Positions 17,252 to 26,975 of a stretch of 36,440 nucleotides of DNA are shown here, piece by piece. Position numbers and translations under genes: made by a program. The notes under the pieces were generated by a model, which was not told where the DNA came from, did not search any database, and worked only from the letters and a program-made list of their open reading frames with translations. This DNA comes from a virus (taxonomy: Duplodnaviria > Heunggongvirae > Uroviricota > Caudoviricetes). The stretch is from IMG/VR virus record IMGVR_UViG_2778261172_000005, positions 1 through 36,440 of that record. One strand, given 5' to 3'. Numbering within the stretch: the stretch's first letter is position 1; the number at the start of each line of letters is the position of its first letter.

Positions 17252-17706
17252 ATAACATCTTTCGATAGAATCACTAATAACTCCCTTTCTATCAATTGTA
17301 TAGATTCCTTGTCAAAACCAAATAACTCACGAACAGGATATTCCACCACCGCACTATTACGCCCCGGCTTATCCCTAAGCCCTAATTGATGTACTCGCGC
17401 AATTCGTTGTACTCCGCTGGCAAACGCCACCACAGCCGCACTCTCGCTACCTGTTGCTTTCATAAACCGGTTAGTGCGTAATTTCACAAACATTTCCCGC
17501 TTTATCCGGCCTTTCTTATTTCGTACTGGTTGGTTTTTTCTCGGTACATACGGCGTACCATCCGGGGCTTTTTGTAATTTAATTCGCTGCTGCTGGCGCT
17601 GGCGCAGCTTCTTCGCAATATCTACCGCCAGTCTCCGACGCCCTGACGGTGACAGCGATTCAGTCAGTCCGGTCAGCCGGTCTTCAAAACGCTTAAACTC
17701 ATTCAT
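17248..17706 (-). CDS. S: tail completion protein S (P2 gpS-like)
   Basis: 152-aa ORF beginning MNEFKRFEDRLTGL...; sequence and synteny. Confidence 0.85.
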   Translation of the reverse strand: MNEFKRFEDRLTGLTESLSPSGRRRLAVDIAKKLRQRQQQRIKLQKAPDGTPYVPRKNQPVRNKKGRIKREMFVKLRTNRFMKATGSESAAVVAFASGVQRIARVHQLGLRDKPGRNSAVVEYPVRELFGFDKESIQLIERELLVILSKDVI

Positions 17707-18166
17707 CCCACTTACTCACCAGTTCGCCATTGATATAAAGCTCCATCGGGCGGGTGACCGGCTCCGGCGGCGGGGGTTCCGGGATATTCTTCACATGCAG
17801 CGCACCGTCAACCTCACTGACCAGCGTGCGCTCGGTCAGCATCAGGCTGATGCTGATATCAAAGCTGCTGTCATTGTTGATGTCCGCATAAAACGTGAAG
17901 CCCTTTTTCTGGCCTTCGTCGGTGGTCATGATGTCGGGCTGATTTTCCCGCAGCCACGCCAGCACCGGCACGATGAGCAGGTCAAAATCACCGTTAAAGT
18001 CGGTCACAATGACATTGAGCGTGTAACACTTTTCGAATGACAGCGACGTCGCCAGTGTGGAGGCAATACTCCCGTTATCCACGAATATCCGCAGCATATC
18101 GGGGTTAGTTTTCAGCACCGTGACGGCATCAGTCAGCGCCCTGCGCAGGCTGTCGGGTTTGAGCAT
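17699..18166 (-). CDS. R: tail completion protein R (P2 gpR-like)
   Basis: 155-aa ORF; sequence and synteny. Confidence 0.85.
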   Translation of the reverse strand: MLKPDSLRRALTDAVTVLKTNPDMLRIFVDNGSIASTLATSLSFEKCYTLNVIVTDFNGDFDLLIVPVLAWLRENQPDIMTTDEGQKKGFTFYADINNDSSFDISISLMLTERTLVSEVDGALHVKNIPEPPPPEPVTRPMELYINGELVSKWDE

Positions 18167-18419
18167 CGTTTTCGTCCTGACAGTGTTTAATCATTTTTAC
18201 CTGGCTGGCACAGCGTGCCAGCGCGTTCTCAAGCTGCCGGATATCGGCACTTAAATCGCCGTTCGTCTGCGGGTCACTGCCCGGCATCGGGCAAAGGCTC
18301 ACTTTCGGGCAGGCGTTGGCGACAATCACTGGCGTCAGTGCAGGCCGGACGCTGGTGCAACCGGCGCACAGCATCAGGCAGGTCAGCGCCATACCAGCGG
18401 CGAAAATCTTCGTTTTCAT
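18129..18419 (-). CDS. lysC: LysC, outer-membrane lipoprotein spanin (Rz1-like), embedded out of frame in lysB
   Basis: Internal ATG gives MKTKIFAAGMALTCLMLCAGC..., a lipoprotein signal peptide with lipobox cysteine; about 96 aa; overlaps the 3' part of lysB and the start of R. Confidence 0.75.
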   Translation of the reverse strand: MKTKIFAAGMALTCLMLCAGCTSVRPALTPVIVANACPKVSLCPMPGSDPQTNGDLSADIRQLENALARCASQVKMIKHCQDENDAQTRQPAQGAD

Positions 18420-18699
18420 TGAGTAACCTCGTGATGGTTTTCTCGCGCTGTGCTTCACGCTTCGCGGCGTTCTCCAGTTCCTGACGCAGTGCCACCTGCG
18501 CCAGCTCGTTTTTGTCTGCCCTGGTGAGCGCAACATGAAGCTGATTTTTCAGCATGGTGATGGTCGTCTGCTGCCCGCTGGCGACGTTGTTCGCCCTGAC
18601 CAGCGAGGCGCGCAGGCTGGCATTTTTGTGTTTCACCAGAAACAGACCGGCCACCGCCAGTGATAACAACACAACCAGCACAGTCATCAGCCTTGACAT
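18274..18699 (-). CDS. lysB: LysB, inner-membrane spanin (Rz-like)
   Basis: 141-aa ORF with N-terminal transmembrane segment and coiled-coil region; synteny. Confidence 0.85.
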   Translation of the reverse strand: MSRLMTVLVVLLSLAVAGLFLVKHKNASLRASLVRANNVASGQQTTITMLKNQLHVALTRADKNELAQVALRQELENAAKREAQREKTITRLLNENEDFRRWYGADLPDAVRRLHQRPACTDASDCRQRLPESEPLPDAGQ

Positions 18700-19112
18700 G
18701 GTTCCCGCCCCTCAAAACGCTGACAGCAGGCCGTACGTATCAGCCGGAAGAACACCGATGCCACAAGATAAATCAGCGCGGTAAAAATCCACCCGGCAGC
18801 GACCAGCGAGATAAACGTCGCCACCACCACTACCAGAGCCACTGCCCGTCTGCGCCACGGTACCGGCTGCAAAAACAGCGACGTGACAATCTTCACGGCC
18901 AGCGATTCCGGCGGCAGCTCCCGCCCGTAGCGCTCCAGTACATACTCAGTGACATACACGCCGACACCACAGGCAACCACACAGATAACCGTCGCCAGAA
19001 TCGCCCAGGTGGCGACAAAACTGACGGCCACGCTCTGCGGGTAAATCAGGGACAGTGCCAGCATCAGCGCCAGCGACACGTTCAGCATCAGTGAAAGGGA
19101 TAATTTCTTCAT
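18687..19112 (-). CDS. lysA: LysA, lysis-timing membrane protein
   Basis: 141-aa hydrophobic multi-pass ORF between K and lysB. Confidence 0.8.
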   Translation of the reverse strand: MKKLSLSLMLNVSLALMLALSLIYPQSVAVSFVATWAILATVICVVACGVGVYVTEYVLERYGRELPPESLAVKIVTSLFLQPVPWRRRAVALVVVVATFISLVAAGWIFTALIYLVASVFFRLIRTACCQRFEGREPCQG

Positions 19113-19126
19113 GGTGTTTACTCCGT

Positions 19127-19624
19127 TTAAGCCGGTACGCCGCCAGCGGTACGCCAGACGGTGACCAGTTTTTCCAGTGAATACTCACGCTGACCGTAAC
19201 CGGCACCCGGCAGGGACGCCCAGATATTGCGACAGCGTGAAATGGCGCGCTCAATGCGTCCCGCCCGGATGTCATCCAGTGCACCGCGTTCGCGGATCAA
19301 CTGAATGGCGAGTCTGTCCTGTGACAACGGACTGAAATCCGGCAGGGCAAGCTGTTTGCGGTAGTGCGGCCAGAACAGGTAAAGCTGCTGATAGCGACCG
19401 GATGCCGTGGATTTTTCACCGCGACGGTTAAACACTTTCGCCGGTCGGCCATGTGCGAACGGGTGGTCACTGTAGTCGGTGAAAATTTCCGGCTTTCCGT
19501 CCAGTCCGGTGACTATCACGTCATAGCCCCGGTTTTTCGTCAGCGGATGGTTCGCCGTCCCTTCGGACACGGCCAGCATGTCGAGAAAGGCGGCGATATT
19601 CTGATGCGTGTTAATAACCGGCAT
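19127..19624 (-). CDS. K: endolysin (P2 gpK-like)
   Basis: 165-aa ORF after the holin; sequence and synteny. Confidence 0.85.
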   Translation of the reverse strand: MPVINTHQNIAAFLDMLAVSEGTANHPLTKNRGYDVIVTGLDGKPEIFTDYSDHPFAHGRPAKVFNRRGEKSTASGRYQQLYLFWPHYRKQLALPDFSPLSQDRLAIQLIRERGALDDIRAGRIERAISRCRNIWASLPGAGYGQREYSLEKLVTVWRTAGGVPA

Positions 19625-19905
19625 TACGGTTTCCCCCTGCCCTTAAAGCGGCGCTGAATGGCAATCTCAATCACCTGATAACCGGCGATACCCAGCATGG
19701 AGCCGATACCGCACACCGCAGGCAGTGACAGGTCAGGAAACTGCACCAGAACAACACCGGCAACCATCGAGACAAAACCACCGAGCAACATGCGCCCGAT
19801 AAACAGACGCGGGGTGATGGGTTCACCACCGGCAAGCACCTTGCCGACAACAATCAGCACCCCAATCATGAAAAGCGACAGAACGCTTTTTTCTTCTGCT
19901 GTCAT
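19624..19905 (-). CDS. Y: holin (P2 gpY-like)
   Basis: 93-aa ORF with hydrophobic segments and charged C-terminus; synteny. Confidence 0.85.
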   Translation of the reverse strand: MTAEEKSVLSLFMIGVLIVVGKVLAGGEPITPRLFIGRMLLGGFVSMVAGVVLVQFPDLSLPAVCGIGSMLGIAGYQVIEIAIQRRFKGRGKP

Positions 19906-19908
19906 GCG

Positions 19909-20112
19909 TTACTCCCACAGATTGACAGTTTCAGCCACGGGCGCGGTCTGAACGTCGGGCAGTTCGACGGCGGTGCCGTGTGGCAGCACCGCACCCAGTT
20001 CAGCCAGTCCCGGATTTGCGGCGAGCACGGCCTCGACCACGCCCTCAGTGCGCCCGTAATACCGGACACAAATGGCGTCGAGCGTGTCGCCCTGTAGCGC
20101 AAAGGTCTTCAT
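19909..20112 (-). CDS. X: tail protein X (P2 gpX-like, 67 aa)
   Basis: Internal ATG (MKTFALQGD...) overlaps the L stop (ATGA); the ORF-track N-terminal extension is rejected. Confidence 0.8.
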   Translation of the reverse strand: MKTFALQGDTLDAICVRYYGRTEGVVEAVLAANPGLAELGAVLPHGTAVELPDVQTAPVAETVNLWE

Positions 20113-20621
20113 CAGATTTGACTCACGATGCAGCGCGGCTTGTCCTGGATGCGCGCCACCGCCCAGCGCATATCCCGCCACAGCTCATCAATGGTGCTGT
20201 CAATGCTGTCGGCCTTCTTGTCGCCTTTCGCACTGGCATCCACGCCGCGATAACGCTCATAAAGCGACGCGGTCGCCATCGCACACACGGCGCGCTCGTA
20301 GTAAAAAACTTTGATGCTTTCACCGTCGATGTCGTCCGCCGGAACGTCCGCCAGACGCGTAAAACCGGCGGCAATTTTCTGTTCGCGGTACTCGTACAGC
20401 TCCGCATTCGTCTCCGCCATGCCTGACTTGATGGCCTCACGCAGACGGGCGGGGGCGACGGTCTGCTCAAGGCGCATACGTTCCCGGACGCGCTTCGGGT
20501 CGATATCGGGAAAAAAGAACGTGTTTTTAATCACCGGCTCGTCGCCTGCCGGTTGCGGGATGACCACCGTACCCTCACCGGATACAGGAGCCTCCTTTCG
20601 CGGAATAATCAGCGTCATCAT
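20112..20621 (-). CDS. L: capsid completion protein (P2 gpL-like, 169 aa)
   Basis: Internal ATG (MMTLIIPRKEAP...) gives the P2 gpL length. Confidence 0.85.
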   Translation of the reverse strand: MMTLIIPRKEAPVSGEGTVVIPQPAGDEPVIKNTFFFPDIDPKRVRERMRLEQTVAPARLREAIKSGMAETNAELYEYREQKIAAGFTRLADVPADDIDGESIKVFYYERAVCAMATASLYERYRGVDASAKGDKKADSIDSTIDELWRDMRWAVARIQDKPRCIVSQI

Positions 20622-20720
20622 GACTACCTCTGAAAAGTCGGGCGGTGGACGCCGGTGCAGTGTCAGGTGATTCACCCTCACTGACCGGCGTGCCGCCCTG
20701 GCGCGGGGCGCATTCGGTTG

Positions 20721-21464
20721 TTAACTGGCTTTCTTTTTCGGGCGTCCACGTTTTGCCGGTGTCACGCTCCGTGTCTTACGCGGGGCGCGGGTGACCGCTT
20801 TTGGCTGCGGCTCCGGCTTCGGTTTCAGTTCCCGCTCCAGTCGTTCAATCTCTTTTTTGACGCCTGCCTGACAGTCGAGCTGTGTCGCACGTTGCAGGTG
20901 CGCCAGCGCACCGGTGGCATCACCAGCGTCACGCAGAAACAGACCGGTGATTTTGTGCAGCTTTGCGCGCACTTCATCAGGCATGTCAGCCGTGGCGGTC
21001 AGTTCAAGGGTCTCCGTCAGCAGGCGGGTATCCACAGACTCACCGGCAGCGTGAGCGCGCATGGCCGCAAGCGCCACCTCCTCGGTGAACATGTACGGCG
21101 GGGTACGGCGGTGTTTACCCGGCATGGTCAGACCGTACTTCAGGGCATAACGGGCAATCTCCAGCGCACCGGCAATATCGCCGATATCCAGACGCCACAG
21201 AATGACCGTCATCAGAATGTCATCCTGTGCGCCTTTGCCCTGCTCCAGCACGCCGTTCACCCACGGCAACCAGAACGGCAGCAGCTCGCGTTTTTTCGCG
21301 GCCTTCAGCTCTTTTGAATAAATCGCTTTCAGTGTGCGCTGGTCTGCGGCCAGCTTAACCAGCATCTGCTCATAGACAGTTGCATGTCGCAGCGGGGCGG
21401 CTTCCCGCTGCGCGGTTATCGCTGCCGAGACCCGCATCATGTGGCGCTGTGCGGGACTCGTCAT
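20721..21464 (-). CDS. M: terminase small (endonuclease) subunit (P2 gpM-like)
   Basis: 247-aa ORF with basic C-terminal tail; synteny. Confidence 0.85.
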   Translation of the reverse strand: MTSPAQRHMMRVSAAITAQREAAPLRHATVYEQMLVKLAADQRTLKAIYSKELKAAKKRELLPFWLPWVNGVLEQGKGAQDDILMTVILWRLDIGDIAGALEIARYALKYGLTMPGKHRRTPPYMFTEEVALAAMRAHAAGESVDTRLLTETLELTATADMPDEVRAKLHKITGLFLRDAGDATGALAHLQRATQLDCQAGVKKEIERLERELKPKPEPQPKAVTRAPRKTRSVTPAKRGRPKKKAS

Positions 21465-21467
21465 CGG

Positions 21468-22541
21468 TTACGCTCCCGGCTCTGCGGTCGCCTTAGCCGG
21501 TGTGGAGAAATCACCGACCTTAATTTTTTCCACCAGACAACCGGCGGCGTAGTCTTCCACCACGTAATCAATGTTCATTGACTCGTAGTTCTCCACGCGG
21601 TCGAGTTTCGGGTTTTCCTCAATCACGCGGCGATGGCTGTCATCCATGTAGTAGATGGACAGGTTTTCCAGCTTCGTGATGAGCATCGCATCCGCCGGGA
21701 AGTACGGGACGCGTACCGCCGGCAGGTTACCGATGCGTTTCTGGCTGATGATGACGTCAGCGGCCAGCATTTCGCTGTTGTCCTGCTCCTTGTTGACGAT
21801 GGGGAAATACTTGTCCGCCAGTAGCTGACGTCCCACAATCACCACAAGGTCAGGGTCTTCCTGATACCACGGTTCAATCAGGTTATTGGTCGCATCCATC
21901 ACCAGTGCGTCAAGGCTGGCATAATCACCGCCCTTGCCCACGCGGATAACCTCAGAGGTGGTGCGGCCTTCCTCGTCAGTGACCTTGCTCATCACGCGCG
22001 CCGGGGCTTCATTGCGGTATTTCTGCAACCAGCCGACCGCCACATCCTGCAACATCGGATTGCTGCTGCGGTCAGAGGTTTCGGCACGCTTCACGCCGTT
22101 AAAACCGGCCATGATGAAATCAAGGGACTGGCGTTTGATAATGGCGTTACGGACACGGAGCTGGAAATCCTGATAACGCGCCCACAGGTCCAGCGTTTTG
22201 TAGCGGATATAAAAATCGAAGTTAATCTGGTCGCATTCGTACTTGTTTGACGCCAGCTTCGAGAAGTCCTTCGGCTGACGCTCGGTGCCACCGGCGGTGT
22301 CGGTGGTGCTGGCGATGGAGCCGGTGACACCGATACCAATTTTTTCCCCTTTCATTTCGCTGACCGGCACAATGTTGATGCGGGTCAGAAAGTCAGAGGA
22401 CTCCTGCATGGTGTTCATCAGGGTCTGGGTGACCGACGGTTCAACGGTGAATTTTTTCGACACATCACCGGCGTCGATGCCGTTCAGTTCGGCAACACGG
22501 GACAGGTAGGCATTAAATTTAAAGCGGGTTTCCTGGCGCAT
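21468..22541 (-). CDS. N: major capsid protein (P2 gpN-like)
   Basis: 357-aa ORF; sequence and synteny. Confidence 0.9.
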   Translation of the reverse strand: MRQETRFKFNAYLSRVAELNGIDAGDVSKKFTVEPSVTQTLMNTMQESSDFLTRINIVPVSEMKGEKIGIGVTGSIASTTDTAGGTERQPKDFSKLASNKYECDQINFDFYIRYKTLDLWARYQDFQLRVRNAIIKRQSLDFIMAGFNGVKRAETSDRSSNPMLQDVAVGWLQKYRNEAPARVMSKVTDEEGRTTSEVIRVGKGGDYASLDALVMDATNNLIEPWYQEDPDLVVIVGRQLLADKYFPIVNKEQDNSEMLAADVIISQKRIGNLPAVRVPYFPADAMLITKLENLSIYYMDDSHRRVIEENPKLDRVENYESMNIDYVVEDYAAGCLVEKIKVGDFSTPAKATAEPGA

Positions 22542-22599
22542 AGTTTTTCCTGAAATTAAGGGTTAATCGTGAAGGTTTTCCCGGACTGACTGACGCCGG

Positions 22600-23454
22600 T
22601 CAGCAGTTCGTCATCAGGGCATCACCGCCACCGCCGGTGGCCTTGCTGCGGCGCTGCTGGGTCAGACTTTCGGTGCTGTCGAGACTGTTTTTCAGGCGGG
22701 TGAATGCCTGGCTGGTTTCATCCGCCCTGTCAGTCACCTCCTGCTTAAGTGCGGAAAAAGCGGTTTCCATCTCAGCGAGGCGCTGCTCAGTGGCACTCAG
22801 TTTTTCCTGCACATGTTCAGCAACAGCGGTCACCGCTTCATGCACATCATTCAGACGGGCGTCATCGCTGGCCTGTTTGCGGCCAAAAATGGATTTCACC
22901 TTTTCGGTCAGGGCGGTGAACACGGTTTCAGGCAGGTCTTCAAATTCCAGCTCAACAGGCGTTGCCACTGAAATCAGGTTTTCAGGGCTTAATTTGAAGC
23001 GGTTCAGGGGGTTGTGTTTTGCCGTGCGGCAGAATTCCAGGTATTCCGTGCCGAGGCTTGCCGGGTCATCGGTGACGGCCAGACCCACCAGATAACATTT
23101 GCCGGTGTTGGCAAAGTTCGGCTGAATTTCCATTGAGGTGTAGACCTTCTGCGCGGCCTTGTTCATCGCAATAAGGTCATCGGTCGGGGTGATTTTCGCA
23201 AACAGCGCCCATTTGCCTTTCAGCGCCGAATCATCGTCAATCTTTTCGGCCTTCAGTTCGGCCACATCGCCATAACGTTTAAAAATACCGTCAGGCAGGA
23301 TGCCGCGCAGATGTTCCAGGTTAATGCGGCAACCATAGACACGCGGGTCAAAGGTTTCCGCCATTTCCTGAATATCCTGCGCACTGATGACACGCCCGTC
23401 ACAGGTGTCACCCTCAACGCCGATACGAAAGAATTTTGAGACTTTTTTTGCCAT
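22600..23454 (-). CDS. O: capsid scaffolding protein and protease (P2 gpO-like, 284 aa)
   Basis: Internal ATG (MAKKVSKFFRIGVEGDT...) gives 284 aa; synteny. Confidence 0.85.
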   Translation of the reverse strand: MAKKVSKFFRIGVEGDTCDGRVISAQDIQEMAETFDPRVYGCRINLEHLRGILPDGIFKRYGDVAELKAEKIDDDSALKGKWALFAKITPTDDLIAMNKAAQKVYTSMEIQPNFANTGKCYLVGLAVTDDPASLGTEYLEFCRTAKHNPLNRFKLSPENLISVATPVELEFEDLPETVFTALTEKVKSIFGRKQASDDARLNDVHEAVTAVAEHVQEKLSATEQRLAEMETAFSALKQEVTDRADETSQAFTRLKNSLDSTESLTQQRRSKATGGGGDALMTNC

Positions 23455-23627
23455 TGTCAGGAGTCCTGAATAGTGATTAGAGGAGTCACATGTCGGCATC
23501 AGTTTCCCGACGATACGCATCCTCCGCCATCAGTCCCGGATGGCTTATCACTGACACAACAGCACCTTAGCGAATCGCGGGGCGCGACTCAGTAGCCTTG
23601 CCGTGTATTCATCACGGCGAGGTATTC
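23455..23627. promoter_or_regulatory. divergent late promoter region between O and P (expected Ogr-dependent promoters)
   Basis: 173-bp gap between divergently oriented O and P, as in P2; contains imperfect dyads (TGTCGG...CCGACG, CCGTG...CACGG); exact sites not resolved. Confidence 0.4.
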
Positions 23628-25400
23628 ATGACCATCACCACAGACACCACTCTTTTGCACGACCCGCGTCGTCAGGCGGCGCTGCTGTACTGGCAGGGTT
23701 TTTCCGTGCCGCAGATTGCCGCCATGTTGCAGATGAAACGCCCGACGGTGCAGAGCTGGAAACAGCGCGACGACTGGGACAGCGTTGCCCCCATCAGCCG
23801 TGTCGAAATGAGTCTGGAAGCGCGGCTGACCCAGCTCATTATCAAACCACAGAAAACCGGCGGTGACTTCAAGGAAATTGACCTGCTGGGACGCCAGATT
23901 GAACGACTGGCACGGGTAAATCGCTACAGCCAGACCGGCAACGAGGCAGACCTTAATCCGAACGTCGCTAACCGCAACAAAGGCGGGCGGCGCAAACCGA
24001 AAAAGAATTTTTTCAGTGACGAGGCCATCGAAAAGCTGGAGCAGATTTTCTTTGAGCAGTCTTTCGACTATCAGTTGCACTGGTATCGCGCCGGGCTTGA
24101 GCACCGCATCCGCGATATCCTGAAATCCCGCCAGATTGGCGCGACGTTTTATTTTTCCCGCGAGGCGCTGCTGCGCGCCCTGAAAACCGGCCATAACCAG
24201 ATTTTTCTGTCGGCCAGTAAAACGCAGGCGTATGTGTTCCGTGAATACATCATCGCCTTTGCTCGTCTGGTTGACGTTGACCTGACCGGTGACCCGATTG
24301 TCCTGGGCAATAACGGCGCAAAACTGATTTTTCTCGGCACCAACTCCAACACCGCGCAGAGTCATAACGGCGACCTGTACGTCGATGAGATTTTCTGGAT
24401 CCCGAATTTTCAGGTACTGCGTAAGGTGGCATCAGGTATGGCCTCACAGAGTCACCTGCGCTCGACCTATTTCTCCACCCCGTCCACGCTGGCGCACGAC
24501 GCCTACCCGTTCTGGTCGGGTGAACTGTTTAACCGGGGACGCGCCAGCGCCGCCGAACGCGTGGAAATCGACGTCAGTCATAACGCCCTTGCCGGTGGGC
24601 TTCTCTGTGCGGACGGCCAGTGGCGACAGATTGTCACCATTGAGGACGCCCTGAAAGGCGGCTGCACGCTGTTCGACATTGAGCAGCTCAAACGCGAAAA
24701 CAGCGCCGACGATTTTAAAAACCTGTTCATGTGTGAATTTGTTGACGACAAGGCATCGGTGTTCCCGTTCGAGGAGCTGCAACGCTGCATGGTCGACACG
24801 CTGGAAGAATGGGAAGACTATGCGCCGTTTGCCGCCAATCCGTTCGGCTCCCGCCCGGTATGGATTGGTTACGACCCGTCACACCGTGGCGACAGCGCCG
24901 GATGCGTGGTACTGGCACCGCCGGTGGTGGCCGGTGGCAAATTCAGAATACTTGAGCGTCACCAGTGGAAAGGCATGGACTTTGCCACCCAGGCGGAATC
25001 CATCCGCAAACTCACCGAAAAATACAACGTCGAATACATCGGGATTGATGCCACCGGCCTCGGTGTCGGCGTGTTCCAGCTCGTGCGCTCGTTCTATCCC
25101 GCCGCGCGTGATATCCGCTACACGCCGGAAATGAAAACCGCAATGGTGCTCAAGGCAAAAGACGTTATCCGCCGTGGCTGTCTGGAATACGACGTCAGCG
25201 CCACCGACATCACCAGCTCGTTTATGGCTATCCGCAAGACCATGACCAGCAGCGGACGCAGCGCCACCTATGAGGCCAGCCGCAGCGAGGAAGCCAGCCA
25301 CGCCGACCTCGCCTGGGCGACCATGCACGCCCTGTTAAATGAGCCACTCACCGCCGGTATCAGCACCCCGCTGACATCCACCATTCTGGAGTTTTACTGA
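23628..25400 (+). CDS. P: terminase large (ATPase) subunit (P2 gpP-like, 590 aa)
   Basis: ATG at 23628 with GAGG Shine-Dalgarno 8 nt upstream; the ORF-track start at 23598 is a TTG extension; sequence recognised. Confidence 0.9.
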   Translation: MTITTDTTLLHDPRRQAALLYWQGFSVPQIAAMLQMKRPTVQSWKQRDDWDSVAPISRVEMSLEARLTQLIIKPQKTGGDFKEIDLLGRQIERLARVNRYSQTGNEADLNPNVANRNKGGRRKPKKNFFSDEAIEKLEQIFFEQSFDYQLHWYRAGLEHRIRDILKSRQIGATFYFSREALLRALKTGHNQIFLSASKTQAYVFREYIIAFARLVDVDLTGDPIVLGNNGAKLIFLGTNSNTAQSHNGDLYVDEIFWIPNFQVLRKVASGMASQSHLRSTYFSTPSTLAHDAYPFWSGELFNRGRASAAERVEIDVSHNALAGGLLCADGQWRQIVTIEDALKGGCTLFDIEQLKRENSADDFKNLFMCEFVDDKASVFPFEELQRCMVDTLEEWEDYAPFAANPFGSRPVWIGYDPSHRGDSAGCVVLAPPVVAGGKFRILERHQWKGMDFATQAESIRKLTEKYNVEYIGIDATGLGVGVFQLVRSFYPAARDIRYTPEMKTAMVLKAKDVIRRGCLEYDVSATDITSSFMAIRKTMTSSGRSATYEASRSEEASHADLAWATMHALLNEPLTAGISTPLTSTILEFY

Positions 25401-26434
25401 TGAGCAAGAAAAAAGGGAAAACACCGCAACCTGCGGCAAAAACAATGACCGCCAGCGGCCCGAAAATGGAGGCATTCACCTTTGGTGAGCCGGTGCCGGT
25501 ACTCGACCGCCGTGACATTCTGGATTACGTCGAGTGCATCAGTAACGGCAGATGGTATGAGCCACCGGTCAGCTTTACCGGTCTGGCAAAAAGCCTGCGG
25601 GCTGCCGTGCATCACAGCTCGCCGATTTACGTCAAACGCAATATTCTGGCCTCGACATTTATCCCGCATCCATGGCTTTCCCAGCAGGATTTCAGCCGCT
25701 TTGTGCTGGATTTTCTGGTGTTCGGTAATGCGTTTCTGGAAAAGCGTTACAGCACCACCGGTAAGGTCATCAGACTGGAAACCTCACCGGCAAAATATAC
25801 CCGCCGTGGCGTGGAAGAGGATGTTTACTGGTGGGTGCCGTCCTTCAACGAGCCGACAGCCTTCGCGCCCGGCTCCGTGTTTCACCTGCTGGAGCCTGAT
25901 ATTAATCAGGAGCTGTACGGCCTGCCGGAATATCTGAGCGCCCTTAACTCTGCCTGGCTGAATGAGTCGGCCACGCTGTTCCGCCGCAAGTATTACGAAA
26001 ACGGCGCACATGCCGGATACATCATGTACGTCACCGATGCCGTGCAGGATCGCAACGATATCGAAATGCTTCGCGAAAACATGGTGAAGTCGAAAGGCCG
26101 CAACAACTTTAAAAACCTGTTTCTCTACGCCCCACAGGGAAAAGCCGACGGTATTAAAATTATCCCGCTCAGTGAAGTGGCAACGAAGGACGATTTTTTT
26201 AATATCAAAAAAGCCAGCGCCGCTGACCTGCTTGACGCGCACCGCATCCCCTTTCAGTTGATGGGTGGCAAGCCGGAAAACGTCGGGTCGCTGGGCGATA
26301 TTGAGAAAGTGGCAAAGGTCTTTGTCCGCAATGAGCTTATCCCGTTACAGGACAGGATTCGGGAAATAAACGGCTGGCTCGGTCAGGAGGTCATCCGCTT
26401 TAAAAACTACTCACTGGACACTGACAACGACTGA
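25400..26434 (+). CDS. Q: portal protein (P2 gpQ-like)
   Basis: 344-aa ORF; start overlaps the P stop (TGATG). Confidence 0.9.
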   Translation: MSKKKGKTPQPAAKTMTASGPKMEAFTFGEPVPVLDRRDILDYVECISNGRWYEPPVSFTGLAKSLRAAVHHSSPIYVKRNILASTFIPHPWLSQQDFSRFVLDFLVFGNAFLEKRYSTTGKVIRLETSPAKYTRRGVEEDVYWWVPSFNEPTAFAPGSVFHLLEPDINQELYGLPEYLSALNSAWLNESATLFRRKYYENGAHAGYIMYVTDAVQDRNDIEMLRENMVKSKGRNNFKNLFLYAPQGKADGIKIIPLSEVATKDDFFNIKKASAADLLDAHRIPFQLMGGKPENVGSLGDIEKVAKVFVRNELIPLQDRIREINGWLGQEVIRFKNYSLDTDND

Positions 26435-26439
26435 ACAAC

Positions 26440-26461
26440 GCCGCCTGCGGGCGGCTTTTTT
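26440..26461 (+). terminator. rho-independent terminator after Q
   Basis: GCCGCC/GGCGGC stem with 4-nt loop followed by TTTTTT, starting 6 bp after the Q stop. Confidence 0.6.
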
Positions 26462-26603
26462 ACACCCCGTCATCACGCCCTCACACACTCACCACCGCAC
26501 AAAACAGCCCGCAGACACACCAACGCCCCGGTGCACAATCTAAACGCCATCAAGACGCGCTCAGACGCTGAAAAAATAAAATCAGCACCACCGCCAGCGC
26601 GCA

Positions 26604-26622
26604 GTGCTTTCCCCGCCTCGCC
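26604..26622. other. cos site (19-nt cohesive end sequence)
   Basis: GTGCTTTCCCCGCCTCGCC is the reverse complement of the P2 cohesive end GGCGAGGCGGGGAAAGCAC as I recall it; lies just beyond Q as in P2. Confidence 0.8.
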
Positions 26623-26975
26623 CGCCCGCTTCACATCGCCTTTTTAATGCAAGTGCAACGATTCAGTGTTCCAAGCATGGTTTTAGGTGAATAGAGAATG
26701 AGAGGGTAAAAAAAATCATGCAGATTAATGCACCTATAGATGCATTATTAAACTAATAGGATAGTTGTGATATTGGCTGCATTGACTCCACTTGTGAGGG
26801 AACAAACCAACGACAGCGCAAGATTCAACCTGACAATTAACTATTCCCCAGAGGGATATTCTTACAGTATTTAAGTCATCAGTTGATTATTCATTAGCAC
26901 TGCCGTTATTGACAATTTTGTTGTTTTTTGAGATGTTATTAAATCAAGTTCCATAGATAAGATCATGGGTGGGCG

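Noticed and set aside
18455-19094. Extra ORFs in the lysis region (18455..18715 minus, 18660..19094 plus, 18215..18484 plus)
   Set aside because: Alternative-frame or antisense ORFs within lysA/lysB; only lysC is retained because it has a lipoprotein signal peptide and matches the known nested spanin arrangement.
23589-24365. 258-aa minus-strand ORF opposite the terminase large subunit gene
   Set aside because: Antisense shadow of gpP.
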